Below, in pieces: positions 1 to 12,303 of a stretch of DNA of 64,000 nt (position 1 is the first letter of the stretch; each line of letters starts with the position of its first letter). The position numbers and the translations under genes are program-made. The notes below the pieces were generated by a model. It worked only from the letters and a program-made list of their open reading frames with translations. It was not told the origin of the DNA and did not search any database. Origin of the DNA: Kondoa subrosea (lineage: Eukaryota); contig BCIN01000001.1 in NCBI GenBank assembly GCA_039545335.1, positions 1,038,604 through 1,102,603 of the forward strand, given 5' to 3'.

Positions 1-460
1 GTACCAGACTAACGCTTCGCGAGAGCTAGCGAGTATTCTCAAAATTGGAAGATAGGGTTGGTCGACGGGGTGAACCTTGGACAAGTTTTTACACGCTGTC
101 AACTTATCCCGAATACTGTACCTTGCGCTTCCATGGTCCCCTTAGGTAAGTAGCAGCTCCATGACCACTCACTCTGACTTCTTGAACAGCAAGCACTAGT
201 CTTTGTTCCGAGACAAGACTCTTGAGGAGATTACGTAATGTGCAGATACATCTTGTCTAGAGAAGAAAAGCTTGTAGTATGACACATCTTAGCATTCCAG
301 TCTTCACGCCCATTACACAGCTGACGTGCTTGCCTCGAGATGTGAGGAAGAAGGATATCCAGGAAAGCATTAATTGAGATCCTATTTACAGCTTCAATTA
401 AACATTATATACAGTACCAACCATCTATCATGAAATGTCCATATATCTATGAAACAGAAG

Positions 461-1441
461 TCAAGCCACCATTGGTCGACCCGCAGTGTAGTTCTTGTCG
501 CTCATCAGAGCTTTGTCCACATCTCCTCTGAGATCCATGTCTCGTTCTTTTCTGCCTACTCTTTCCATCAGGGGCCAGCCAATAAAGTATAAGGCGACTT
601 CGATGCCAAAGACCACCCAGAACACGATAATTACAGCAAGAGGCACCGTCGTTTTCGATTCAGATGTTTCGTCCCATTCGCTATCACCTCTAATTAGCAT
701 TCGAATCAATAGAAGAAGATCTTGCAGGCTTACTCGAATCCGGTGTAAATTTGCGCATCTATATCACGCATTAGTTCGACTCGATGTTCGCAGCATTCGG
801 CTTACATAATACTCCCGCAGAAGCTATACCCAAAATGATATGAAGATACCGAAGTAACGGTCGTTCACGATTGATTGTGACATAATTCCAACGCGGAGCC
901 TTGGTGATAAGCTTGGCGAGCAATCCACCGACAGCCTATCCGAAGAGTCAGCCAAATACAGATGATAAAGGACATGCACATACAGTAACGCAAACTATGA
1001 TCAGAGTTGCTAGACCAAGCTGATGGTGCGTGTCACTCCCTGAGCCAACGAATTCACCATCACCGACAGCTACGTTCGCCAGAGCAAAAGCGGCAATGAC
1101 CAGAGCAACAGTCAGGATATTGAGAGCTGAATGTACGTTGTTCCACCACGAGTACTTTCGACAATCTGCGTTGTGGGAGAATTCAGATCAGGAATGGTGA
1201 TTACCAAAACCGAAAAATACGAACATCGCCCAACAAGTGCGGCTGCTGGCAAAGTGATGAATGCTGCAACACTTCCACACACCGCTGTTCTACTATATCA
1301 GTGATGTTTGCTTGACTGAGATCTAGAACTGACCATGAGCGATGGCATAGGCTGAAAAACTGGAATCAAAACAAGCGTATTGCGCAAGAGCATTCACTCA
1401 CAGTCGTGTTTGCTTTGAGTGATCGGTACTGCTTCAGCCAT
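461..1441 (-). CDS. Cytochrome b561-like multi-TM membrane protein, copy 1 (spliced)
   Basis: Spliced reading MAEAVPITQSKHD..AIAH..WNNVHSALN..HHQLGL..LRYLHIILG..; His-bearing TM helices as in b561/DOMON-associated domains; last exon is ORF 461..709. Confidence 0.65.
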
Positions 1442-1943
1442 GCTCGGATATGGCGACAGAGAGAAAGCGAAAGGAGATCAGAAAAGAGAAAACGCGATCT
1501 CGAAGCGGAAGTGACGTGAAGAAATCAATAAATAGACACGCGGTGATTTAAATTGAGAGGTGCCTTAAAGCCCACCGCCAAAGGACCTGTATCGATTCTC
1601 GATTATCAGATAGATGCAGCTTAATTGGGACATGAACGCCATGGGAAACATCGCGACTGTGGACCAGATTATGAGTTAGTCCGAAAGAGGAGAAAAGCTT
1701 GAAAGGATGAAATGGCTCAATTAGACACACTTTGGGAGATGAATGCTGTAGCTAAAACATCAGACGCCAGAAGAGACGTGACTCAGAAAACAAACTTCAT
1801 CCGAGTTTGGGTTGAAAGAAATTGTCAAGTGAAAAGAACAAGCAGCAACTAAAGAGAGCTGAAGCCTGAAGGACCGCGAATTTGCGATGCTGGACGCCTT
1901 GCAACCTCTTGATTTATGATTCCATGTGTTTCGCGCCGGCGCA

Positions 1944-2962
1944 TCAGACCAACGGATTTGTGCCACTCTCTTTTTCCGCATTGTTAGTCGAAGCAATCTC
2001 TCTTGCTCTTCTCTTGCGGCCCAACTTCTCAAAGATCGGCCAGCCGATCAAGTATAGAAAGACTTCGAGCTAGGAAGACGATCAGTCTGATGGCAGCAGT
2101 TCTGAATAGACTACTCACTGCAAACAGTACCCAGAAAGCCGCACGAATGCCTTGCGGTGTCGTCGTCTGGGAGTCCGAGGTATCGTCCCATTCTCTGCGG
2201 CCGATTCAGCTAATTTCGAGCGTCTCGACGCTTCAAACGCACTGAAAGCCAGTATAGAGTTGCGCATCTGGACTAGGATCAGACTGAAAAGCTGACCCAT
2301 CGAGATGAGATGAGACATACAAAGCAGACCAGCCGATACAATGCCAAGAGCAATGTGAATGTAGCGGAGTATGTGCCGTTTGCTGTTCAAGGTAACATAA
2401 TTGTACGGTGGGTGCTGTGTCCACAGCTTGACTGCTATGCCCCCAACTATCGAAAGGACATTCAGCACTCAAAGATGGAAGAGAAGAAAAGTGAGAACGC
2501 ACTGCCTTGAATTATGATGGTAATGAGCACAGCTAATCCAAGCTTATGATGCACGTCGCTGTGAGGTCCAGTGTATTGATTAGGATCCTCGAGAGCAGCG
2601 TTGCCGAGCGCGAATGTAACGATTATCAAAATAACAGTAAGGCATTGAAGTATTGCGTGCACTATATTCCAGTATCGCCAAGTGCGTAAATCTGTAGACA
2701 TACTCAGAAAGAGAGCTCAGTGAAGTGGAAGGACGCTCACATCGACCGATAAGTAGAGCTATCGGCATGGTGATCAATACCGCTAAAGAGGCGGTTACAG
2801 CTTCATTCAAGGGTCAGCGCCGTATTCGATGGATGATTCCATTTGCTGACCATGAGCCACAATGTAACCTAGAAGGAAGTCTCAGTACTTGCAGATCAGC
2901 TGTAGCAAACGCGACTGACGATCGTGCTTGCTTTGGGCAATCGGAACAGGAGCTTTCTCCAT
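1944..2962 (-). CDS. Cytochrome b561-like membrane protein, copy 2 (tandem paralog of 461-1441)
   Basis: MEKAPVPIAQSKHD..WNIVHAILQ..HHKLGL..LRYIHIALG..AQLYTGF..EWDDTSDS..YLIGWPIFEK; collinear with copy 1, several intron positions shared. Confidence 0.65.
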
Positions 2963-3139
2963 GGCGATGCAAAAGACTTCGTAAGAGAGAGGAGAGAGGG
3001 GCGATGGGAAAAATAATGGCAAAATGATTTGCGATCTTTTACGCATGGCGAATTAATCGAAAGCGGCTGCCAAAAATAGACTTTGATTACTTGATATGAT
3101 TCATCCAACAAGAGTCACACGGACAGCAACCAACTTGCC

Positions 3140-5150
3140 CTACATATCGTCTCCTAAGCCATTCGAGATCCAGAAGTCCAGCATGATGCTTTTTCTACTT
3201 GGTTCTGTTTCCGCGTTGATGATACCGAACAGAGTTAGCGCATGAGCTCGAGAATTCCAAGCTTTCAGAATCGATCGAATTTCATCCAGCAGCTTCTCCA
3301 GCAGGACCAAATTGACTATTCTACATTGAGCAATGAGAACGCCAAACAGTCGATCTTGATCTTCTGGTGTAGGTGCAACGAAAGCGTTTGATCTACCTTG
3401 GACTGAATCGAGCAACTTCTCGATACACCACCAGGAAAGTGCGTCGTCTCTTTGCGAAGCTGAATAAACAACGGTACTAAAAGCTGTTGTTAGCTGCTTG
3501 GTTTGGAAGAGCTTCTCATTCTGAAGTAGTGATGAGTCGAGTAGCTAATATGATTACCAGGAGCTCACCTCTATCAGTAGATCTGTATACCAAGGAATGA
3601 CATCTATGGCTATCTTCTTTTGCGTCCGAAGTAAAGCCAACACGATAGAATGAGCAGAAGCGAATACCTCGCTTCGCTCGTCAGTCGTTTGTCTATAAAA
3701 GGTGCTCGTAAGCTTGATTTCATTCAACAACAGAGATGACCTACTTTTGAATTCGAGGCAACACTACTTCTTTGACAAGTTGATCTGAAGCTTCTCCAAT
3801 CGTATTTTCCACGCATAAAGACCAATACACTTCGTCTGATTCTTTGATCTTCCCTTGACCTTCACCACTGGGTATTGAATCCCTCAGAAATTCATCCACT
3901 TCTTCCGTCCCACTTTTCCTCAAACTATCAAGTAAACCTTTCCAGACTGCTTGGAACGATAAAAAACCAGTGGAACCGAACTCGTCCGCTATAAAGTAGA
4001 GGTTTGCGAAGATAGCCAGACCTAATTTGACTAAAGGAGTACTCGATTGTGAAGGAAGAGATCGATTTGCTATAAGACGAAGTATCGATTGTAAGATCAT
4101 AGTTTGGGAGAAGAGAGCAGCTTTAAGTAAAGTCCAGGGAGAAAGTTTGCTATTCGAATCTTTTCGCCAATCTTGCTGAGAAGCGGAAGCTGAGGTATGA
4201 ATAGCTGTACTCAGTCGCAAGAGTGCCAGAAGAGTTTCTAGAGCTGCTGATAGTGTTTCTGGAGTAGTACTTTCAAGCGATTTGCCCAAAAGACGAGAAT
4301 GTCGACCTAGTAAAGCATAGGCAGGCTGCTCGAGAAGGTGTATGACGCGACTCTGCATCATGCCATTGAGCTCTAGATAATCCATGGTAGTCGCATTACT
4401 GACTTGAAGATTCTCAGCACTCAAGAATCGACCATGATCTAGCGCTGCTTGAATAGAAGACAGCGAGATTTGCTGTAATGGCTAGACAAATTGTCCTAAG
4501 CATAAGCACTTCTACCTAGGCATGCTACTGACCTCTTTCGGCAATGTTGCGAGCGCATTGACTTCCAGATCAACGAGACTCTCCGCCGCTAGCCAGGAAG
4601 ATATTTGATCTTCTTTCGAGCATCAGTCCTGTACGTCGTGCAACCCAATTCACATACCATATGTACCAAAATTCTTGCCAGAGAGAAAATCTTCTGACCA
4701 GCAAAGCAACAAACTCTTCTCGACAGAGTCCAATAAGGCATGTGAAATGAAAGTAGCACCTTTGATCTTGATGCTAGCCAGAATAGCAGACAAGAGCAAT
4801 GGTTTCAGTATCAGATTAGAAGAAGCTTTGCTTTCCTGAACAATCTTGCATAATTCAACGTTGACATTTTTGAGTCGACCTGTGGTGGTCCAATTGGACT
4901 GCTGTTCAGCTAGTAATCGGACAATCCTCCCTTGTAAACCTCTCTTGATAGTAGAATACAGTTTCGTAGAGGTAGCATACGTCAAATGAGCGGAGTCGAG
5001 CGAAGGAGCAGATTCGAGTAAGATTGTGAACAGTTGACGCAATGCAGGCATTGGCAGGATAGCAACATGCTGAGCAAGACGGATATAGAGCTCATCAGGT
5101 ATCTCAGTTACAGCTAGCAAGTCCTGCAGCAAGTTCAAATGTTGCGACAT
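3140..5150 (-). CDS. Helical protein, probable peroxin Pex8-like (spliced)
   Basis: ORFs 4650..5177, 3741..4424 and 3140..3415 joined by introns; segment FASAHSIVLALL..IPWYTDLL..QLTTAFST resembles fungal Pex8 C-terminal region (recalled, not searched). Confidence 0.45.
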
Positions 5151-5218
5151 CCTCGTTTCGAAGCAATCAATGAGCATTTCAATTAGGATACAACAAAGTG
5201 ATGTTGTGTCTCTCTGTA

Positions 5219-6852
5219 CTATCTTCTATCTTCATGTACGTTGAGACTTTTGCTAAGCGTGAAGAAGAGTCCAATTCCAGCTCGAAGAATCTGGCACCTC
5301 TTTCTTTCGAATGAGGTGTAGAGTAACCACCATAGCCTTGTTCGTGCAATCAAACAGCTGACACCAAAAGAGGTCATGAAAATCAGCTCACCCGTGTGTC
5401 TAGCAAAACAGATCTTGAAAGGATTTCCAGCGCACCAATTGTTGCCTGAAGTTTCAATCAGTCCTTCCAATACCTGTTCATCAAATTTGACGCATACCGT
5501 GATTATGACGTGCACTCTCTTTATTATCAGCCAAGATCCGGCGATTGCAGCAAAAGACAACAACTTATCTACTGTCAAAGCCAACAATCCTTTCCCATCT
5601 CTTCCGCCCAGAATATCAGTCAAAGCAGTCCACCACTCTCCATCTGCATTCTTGTAACCATAATAAGCATTGTTGCCTTGTGTATCAAGAGGTACATCAT
5701 CATTGATTCCATTGAATTTGTCAGTCGCTTGCTGGATTGCTAAAGCTGCTGTAGGAGGTATATGAACGAAAGCTAAAGAAGGTGGTAGGAGTCCATATTT
5801 CTTCTTTATGTCGTTGGCAGATGATTCAATCCACTATTCACGAGTACATCAGCTTAATTATGAGGGCAAAGAGAATGACAACTTCACTTTAGCTGCTAGT
5901 GGATCTACCCAAGCTCGAGTTTGCCAAGGTTCCTCTGAAATAGTATCGGGTATATTGTACATCGCAGACCGGGAATCGAATAACCAAAGTAGGACAATGG
6001 GACAAGGGTTATCTTTCGCAAAGATAGGACTTCGCGAATAGACGATGAGCACGGCTCTTTCTGCGGAGAGAAGAAGCATACATCATAGAGTTGTAGACGC
6101 CATTGGGATCTGAGCTACTATCTTCGTTGGCTTGAGTGTGGCTTAAGCGAGAGTAATGTTTCTTCTCGTATTGGTATAATTGCGTATGAGTGATATTATA
6201 AGAGTTGTCATGGTTGCCGTAAAGTGAAGCAAAAGGTATCGAATGTTTGACGAGCGGTTCAAGGATCTGATCCAAGTATTTGGTAGCATTCTGGTAGAAG
6301 AGGTTCTCGCCTGTAGATACATCGAGTCCATCAATCAATAAAGCTAAGTGTACGCATACCAGTCACTTGATCGCCTCCAAAAACCCTGTCATCATGCATC
6401 AGTCATCATAATCACTGTCATTCTCATGGACTTACACGAAATGAGGCTTTTCTTGTGTCAAGAGATTGTCCATGAGAGTCTGACTCTTGCGGTCCTGGTG
6501 CAGTCAAGAGTCGGCGAGCCCACATGCAACAGGGCAATTGCAAACGCACAGCTGAAGTGCCCCAATCGGCCCAGCTGAGATTCGTATGACGTTCTCCGAA
6601 ATGCAAGTCTATCGGACAAAATTAAGAGAGAGTGTACCCTGACTCGTGAGAAGACAGACCAGAGAAAAGAGCTAATTTAAACTTCCCATCTTTCACAGAA
6701 AGCGGACGGACAGAAGAAACGAAAGCATTCGATAGAGGATCTTGTACACCACTTCGACGATAGACGAAGATAAGCCAGACGCATAGAACAAGGGCAGCAA
6801 ATTGTCGAAGTCTGTTTAATCTCGCTGGCTGAACGTGAGATTGTAGACCCAT
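5219..6852 (-). CDS. Calcineurin-like metallophosphoesterase (DCR2-like) with N-terminal TM anchor
   Basis: Motifs DLHFGE, GDL-ITGEN, YGNHD, GHDHG read across exons; hydrophobic N-terminal segment. Confidence 0.8.
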
Positions 6853-6997
6853 TTCGAGAAGTTATGGATCAGGGCTCATGATGAAGAGAAAGGGGAGGCG
6901 AATGTGAAGACAGCATCGCCTTCAGAAGGCACAAACATTCAGAGCAAGAAAGATTAGAATAGTCACGGTTTGCTAAGAACAGTGAATCCTGTTGACA

Positions 6998-7827
6998 ATG
7001 GCAGACTCCTCTGGCGCGGTCTCAGATGTAGAAGAGTACAACAAGCTCAGGATCTCAAGCAAAGGCAAAATGACAGAGTACATTGCCAAAGCTCTGAATT
7101 ATCTCAAGGTACATTCTTTACTCTGAGTCTGTTGATTGGCTTCTTTGAAGCTCACAGCATTGCTCAGGACAATCCTTCTATCGCTGTACTACTCTATACT
7201 GCTCCGGCAGACCTGAAAGTCGCTCAATCCTCGAACCACACTTCATTACATAAACTGATCTCAGTCGTCGAAATCATCAAACGCGAGTATCCGACGCATG
7301 TGGCTTCTTCTGCAAGTGTTTCGGATAAAGGCAAGGGCAAAGCTATGACAGATTCACGGATATCAAAGAAACTATATCAATACAATCAACTCACCAACCT
7401 GGTCTTACCTCAACAACCTTCAATTGCACTACAAGCAGAAGACGATGATGCACCGATAGCTGAAGATGTAAGAAAACACGATGAAGTTCTAGAAGCTTTA
7501 GCTGGCCAAAAGAGGAAAAGACCAAAGCAGAAACATTTACCTATTATGAGCGTAATTCTTTCAGTTAGGAAAGTTCAAGGACTGGATATGAAGTCTTGGA
7601 CGTAAGTAGACCTACTTCCAATCTGGGAACTCGGACTAAAGCATTGTGGTAGCGCTCAAATGCCAGATCCTGCCAAAATCCGAAAGCACAAGAAGAAGAA
7701 GAAAGCTGCTACAGCCTCAAACGAAACACGAAATAATATGACCGATGTTTCTATGGCTGGAGAAGACGATGAGATTGGGGAAGTAATCGAAAGGCAAGAG
7801 ATTGGCGAAGCCGTATCGAAGGATTAA
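6998..7827 (+). CDS. Alba-fold protein, RNase P/MRP Rpp20/Rpp25-like subunit
   Basis: LRISSKGKMTEYIAKALNYL and LHKLISVVEIIKREY motifs; two GT-AG introns. Confidence 0.55.
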
Positions 7828-8083
7828 CTCTGGCTTTACATATTGGCGATAGATGTGAGTGCAGTGCTTAAATACTGTCTTCCTAGTTGACCCGGTACTG
7901 TTGTCGCAGCTTTTTCGGCATCCATTCTGATACCGTCATTACATACAATCCACATCATGCATTGTTATACCTGTCCAATGATTGCTACTATCACAGCTTT
8001 TCTTTGTTTCAAAACACATTGATGATAGGCATACTACACAATTTCATTCGTCTCTCGATCCTTTGCCCTTTAAAGCTTTCGAA

Positions 8084-10247
8084 CTACCGAGCTTCCTTCC
8101 AAGAAAGACTAGGTAAACTTCTAGTATATTTACTTCCATCATCTCTTCTGCTCCGATCATCCTCTCTTCTTCCTTCATCTCTTCTCGGTCCAGATCGACT
8201 AGCATACCCATTATCCCTATTCGAATTCGAGGTCGAAGCCAAAGCAGCTCCTCTTCCTCTTATACTAATCCCACCACCAGTACCCGCAAAAGGTCCACTA
8301 ATAGGAGCTTCCATCCTTCCAGTACCTGTTGTTCTACTGAAACTTGCAGAAGGACCACCAGCAGTTCCCGCACGACTACTCATACTTAAAGGAACTGAAC
8401 TTGCTAAACCTCTAACTTCAGTAACAGGAGCCACATAATTAGTCAAAGTATATTCCCATTGTCCAGAATGAGAATTGTAAAGGACGGATAATTCTTTTCT
8501 TCCGCTTCGTAAAATTTTAGCTTGATCTTCTTGTTGAACTAAATCGGTAATTTTTGAAGTAGGTACATAAGTTAATGAAAGTGGTCTACCAGTTGATGGA
8601 GGCCAAATTTCATTTTGTAAAGCTTTTGTAGCCGCTTGAGCAGAATCAACTGAATCATACTGTTTTCTCCAGCGTATCAATATAGCTGAACAAGACAAAG
8701 CAAAGGCGAACGAAAACGAACAGTTAAATAGACTTGAGATTTTATGGAATCGATCCAGAAATAATCCAATTCTCCATGAGCGGTCAACATTTCCTTTAAT
8801 TCCGGGACTTGCAAAGGTCGAACCAAATTCTTAATGTACAGACTAGCTGAAGGAGGTGGTCCGTCTGGGTCTTGTTTATGGATGGCTTCTTGTATAAGAC
8901 GAGGAGGAGAACGAGAACGAGAACGGGAGCGAGAGCGAGAAGGTGATCGTCGAGAGCGTTGTCTAGGCGAACGAGAACGAGATCTTGAAAGAGGAGAAAA
9001 GCTTCTACGTCTTCTTGAACCTGAACTCTTATAAGCTTGTTGCCTTCTAGGCGGTGATCTTGATATTGAATAACTCCTAGAACGGCTCCTGAGCCTACCT
9101 CGCCAAGGAGAGCGAGAACGAGAGCGAGAATCTCTACGTCGACGAGGTGGAGATCTCGATCGATCTGGGTAAGGATCAGCTCGCATATGTCGAGCGGGAC
9201 TTCTGGATCTGGATCTGGATCTGGATCTATCTCGAGACATTGAGCGACCTCTTTCTTTCTCCTGTTGAGGTTTAGTAGCTAGCTCAGAGGGTTTGGACGA
9301 GGATTCTGCTGGTTCATTGTCATCTAATTTCGCTTTCTTTCGCTCTGGTTGATCTTCTTTTGGACTTTCATCGCTTCTCAAAGTAGGTGTACTGGCTGCA
9401 TCTGCTTCAGGTTTAATTTGTTCCATTTCGACATCCGCTTTGGTTTCGGCAGAAGTAGATTCTGCTATGAGACCGTATCAGTAATACGTATATCACAAAG
9501 TCTTGATAGTCACCTTGCGTAGGCTCAGGGTCGGCTGAAGCATCGTCTCGTTTCCGTTTCTTGTCTTCTGCCGTCGAATCGTTCAATGTAGTCAAGCCAG
9601 AATCTTGAAGATCCATATCAGATTCAGTTGATTTGGTCACAGTAGGTACATCATCAGTCTTGGCAGTTGCAGAAGACGTCTCAGTCTGAATCTCAGTCGA
9701 AGCAGATTCTGCAGGGTGCGGTTGTTCAGCGGTGTTTTCTTTAGTCTCGTCAGGCTTGGACTCTGCAACAACCGTAGACTCTTCTTCGGATTTAGATACA
9801 TCTTGTGAAGCTGTTTGAGCTGCTTCTATTTGCTGCTGGCTTGGAGGAGAGGCAGGTTTTGGTTCTTCCTCTTTACTAGGTGCCGCTAGACTTTGGTCCT
9901 CATCTTTCGGTACAGTCTCTTCCTCTTTGGTTACGGTAGCTGCCGTGCTCTCTTCTGCAGGCTTTGTGTTGCTCTTCTCGGGCATTTGAGTAATTACGCT
10001 TTCATCTTGTGTTTGTTCTGGTTGCGAGGTAGCAGTAGCAGCAGTATCAGGTTTAGCATCTATAGCTGCTTGTAGCCTTTAATTTGTACAGCATAATGTA
10101 AGCCAATTGCTACTTGACACCGCGCGTTGGTTGTCATGCACACCTTTCGCTGAGTTCCTTTTTGAGACCTTTGGTCGAGAGCCCTCTTGCGGACAATTCT
10201 GTCTTTAGATCTGCTACTTTGAGAGCAGCAACATCTAATTCTGCCAT
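8084..10247 (-). CDS. ACINUS-like SAP + RS-rich + RRM splicing factor
   Basis: N-terminal SAP (ALKVADLKTELSARGLSTKGLKKEL), RS dipeptide tracts, RRM SLYIKNLVRPL..FWIDSIKS..IWPP, C-terminal TRSLPSLSWK resembling the RSB motif. Confidence 0.8.
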
Positions 10248-10504
10248 TAACTGTTCTTATCCGGTGGTTGGCTGTAGAGAGATGAGTGGGAACATTCTAA
10301 TAGGGAAAGGCTTGACTAGCAACTGTCAAAGCAGCTGCCGCCAAGCTATACCCGCTTGGTTGGGATCTATACCTGTGTCACTCTGCTTGATCGAGAGGTG
10401 TCCTACACTTTTGGTGGACTTTGGCGAAATTTCAAGCTTGCATAACATTTGGCTCGGATTTTATTCGCATGCTTCTGCTGTGAAAGGGGGGCCCAGTCTA
10501 CACT

Positions 10505-12056
10505 ATGGTCAAAGCTAGGATCCCACAAAGAGGTGCCAAGACTCGACCACCTTCCAGCAAGAAAGTGTCCTCTATACCTTTCACAACTCTGCCTTACAAT
10601 GTCTTGTGTAATATTTTCGATCAAGCAAGATCAGATACAAGGCGGAAGCAAGATATGGCTTCTCTTACAATTCTTGGCTCTTCCTTCAAACCGAATTCTA
10701 TTCTAGACAACTCTATAAACATGATAGACGGAAGAGTCTATGTCTTGCCCAAAAACTTGCTTTACATTTCTCGGCATTGTTATGCTGCAGCAGTTCATAC
10801 TTTACTTCGTCATGTATTGCTGGTGAAAACGGAAACTGCAGCAAGCTTCTTACTCTATCTGGCTCAATATCCTTCAGCTTCAACTTATGTTCAATCTCTC
10901 ACTTTGGACGGCCATGATATACCAGCTCATCAACTGGCTTCAATCATGTTTCAATGTTCATCTGCAACTCAACTACAGTGAGTTTTCAATAATTCTGCTG
11001 ATACACATTTCGAGCTGTTTCTCTAAAACACTGGTTCTCCTTTCGACAGATTATGGAGAATTGCAAAAGGAGTCGATTCTACTGCCTGGTCAAAACCTTG
11101 TACACAACGACTTATCAAACATTTATTGATCGATTGCGATCCCTCTTCCATGCTCAACGGTGGTTCAATCCGAGATCTAATTTCTTTCTTACCCGATTCC
11201 CAACATATCATTCTTTCAGGTTTTGGAATTCCATTCAACATGCCTTCTAAATTAGCAGGGTTCCCAAATTTACCAACAGTTTCTCATTTAAACATTTCTC
11301 AATCCGCTTCAAACGTTAAAGAATTATCCAATTTAATCAAAGGTTGTTCAAAAATCTTGTCTTCTTTGGAAATCAAATTCCCTACTTCTTGTTCAACAGA
11401 AGATGTTGAAGAAATTTTTCAAGCAATTCCTACATCTATAAAACATCTCGTCCTAGAAAAATGGTTGAATAGGAAATTAACTGAAAAGAAGTTGAATGCT
11501 ATTTCACCTGCTTTGGCATCTATGATTACTCAAACCAATGGAGGAGCCGGTGATGAGCAGAAATTGGCTGTCGATGGAAAGAATGGGCATACGCATGCAC
11601 CGACGACTATGTTCCCGATTAAACAATTGAGCAAGTTCAATAAATTGAGAAGTTTGGTATTGAGGGAATGTTTCTTTGTCTTACCAAAAGGTTTCTTTGA
11701 TGGTTAGTATTTCCAACAATCATTTGCACCTTATATCGAATGCATGATCTGACAAGATTGTGATTGACATTTAGCGATACCGAAGAGCATCAGGATGATG
11801 TGTTTAAGTGGGATTATAGGTCCAGTGAATTCGACTTATTTGTGAGCCTTTCAATCCCCTTCCGTTTTCACTAGAGATATCATGCTGATCTGCCGATTGA
11901 TTTAGACTCGACTTCATCAACAATATAGATGATAGACCTAGATTCAGGGATCTCACTCTGCGAGCAGCCGATTCGAATTGGCAAACTGAAAAAGTGAAAA
12001 TCTCTCAAGCTTGTCGAAATAGGAAACCCAAGATTCGTTTAACTTGGGATGCGTAA
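10505..12056 (+). CDS. F-box-like/RNI-like LRR hypothetical protein
   Basis: TLPYNVLCNIF F-box-like start, LxxLxL repeats; ORFs 10505..10981 and 11126..11707 plus short 3' exons. Confidence 0.5.
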
Positions 12057-12303
12057 AAAGGGTCAAATAGTGTTCAATAAATGTGCAGAAGATGAGAAAG
12101 CAAGTAGTTCAGGAGTTACATATTGTACTTGTTGTTATTTTGAGTTCAGGTATAGTTCAACTAGCATCAGAGAAAAGTAGCTGTGTAGCTGTACAATTGC
12201 AAAGGAAATAATAGATGTAGTGGTATTTACATAAGAAGCCCTTGATAATCCCGATAATGCTGTAAATGCTATCTAGAGTTTGATGCGGTAATAACGAAAG
12301 ACA

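Noticed and set aside
1..260. Possible 3' end of a plus-strand gene (GTAAGT..CTGAC..CAG intron)
   Set aside because: Truncated by the window edge; frame and product cannot be determined.
8905..9240. Hexamer repeats (GAGAAC, CTGGAT) and antisense ER-repeat ORF
   Set aside because: They encode the RS domain of the ACINUS-like protein; not an array or a separate gene.
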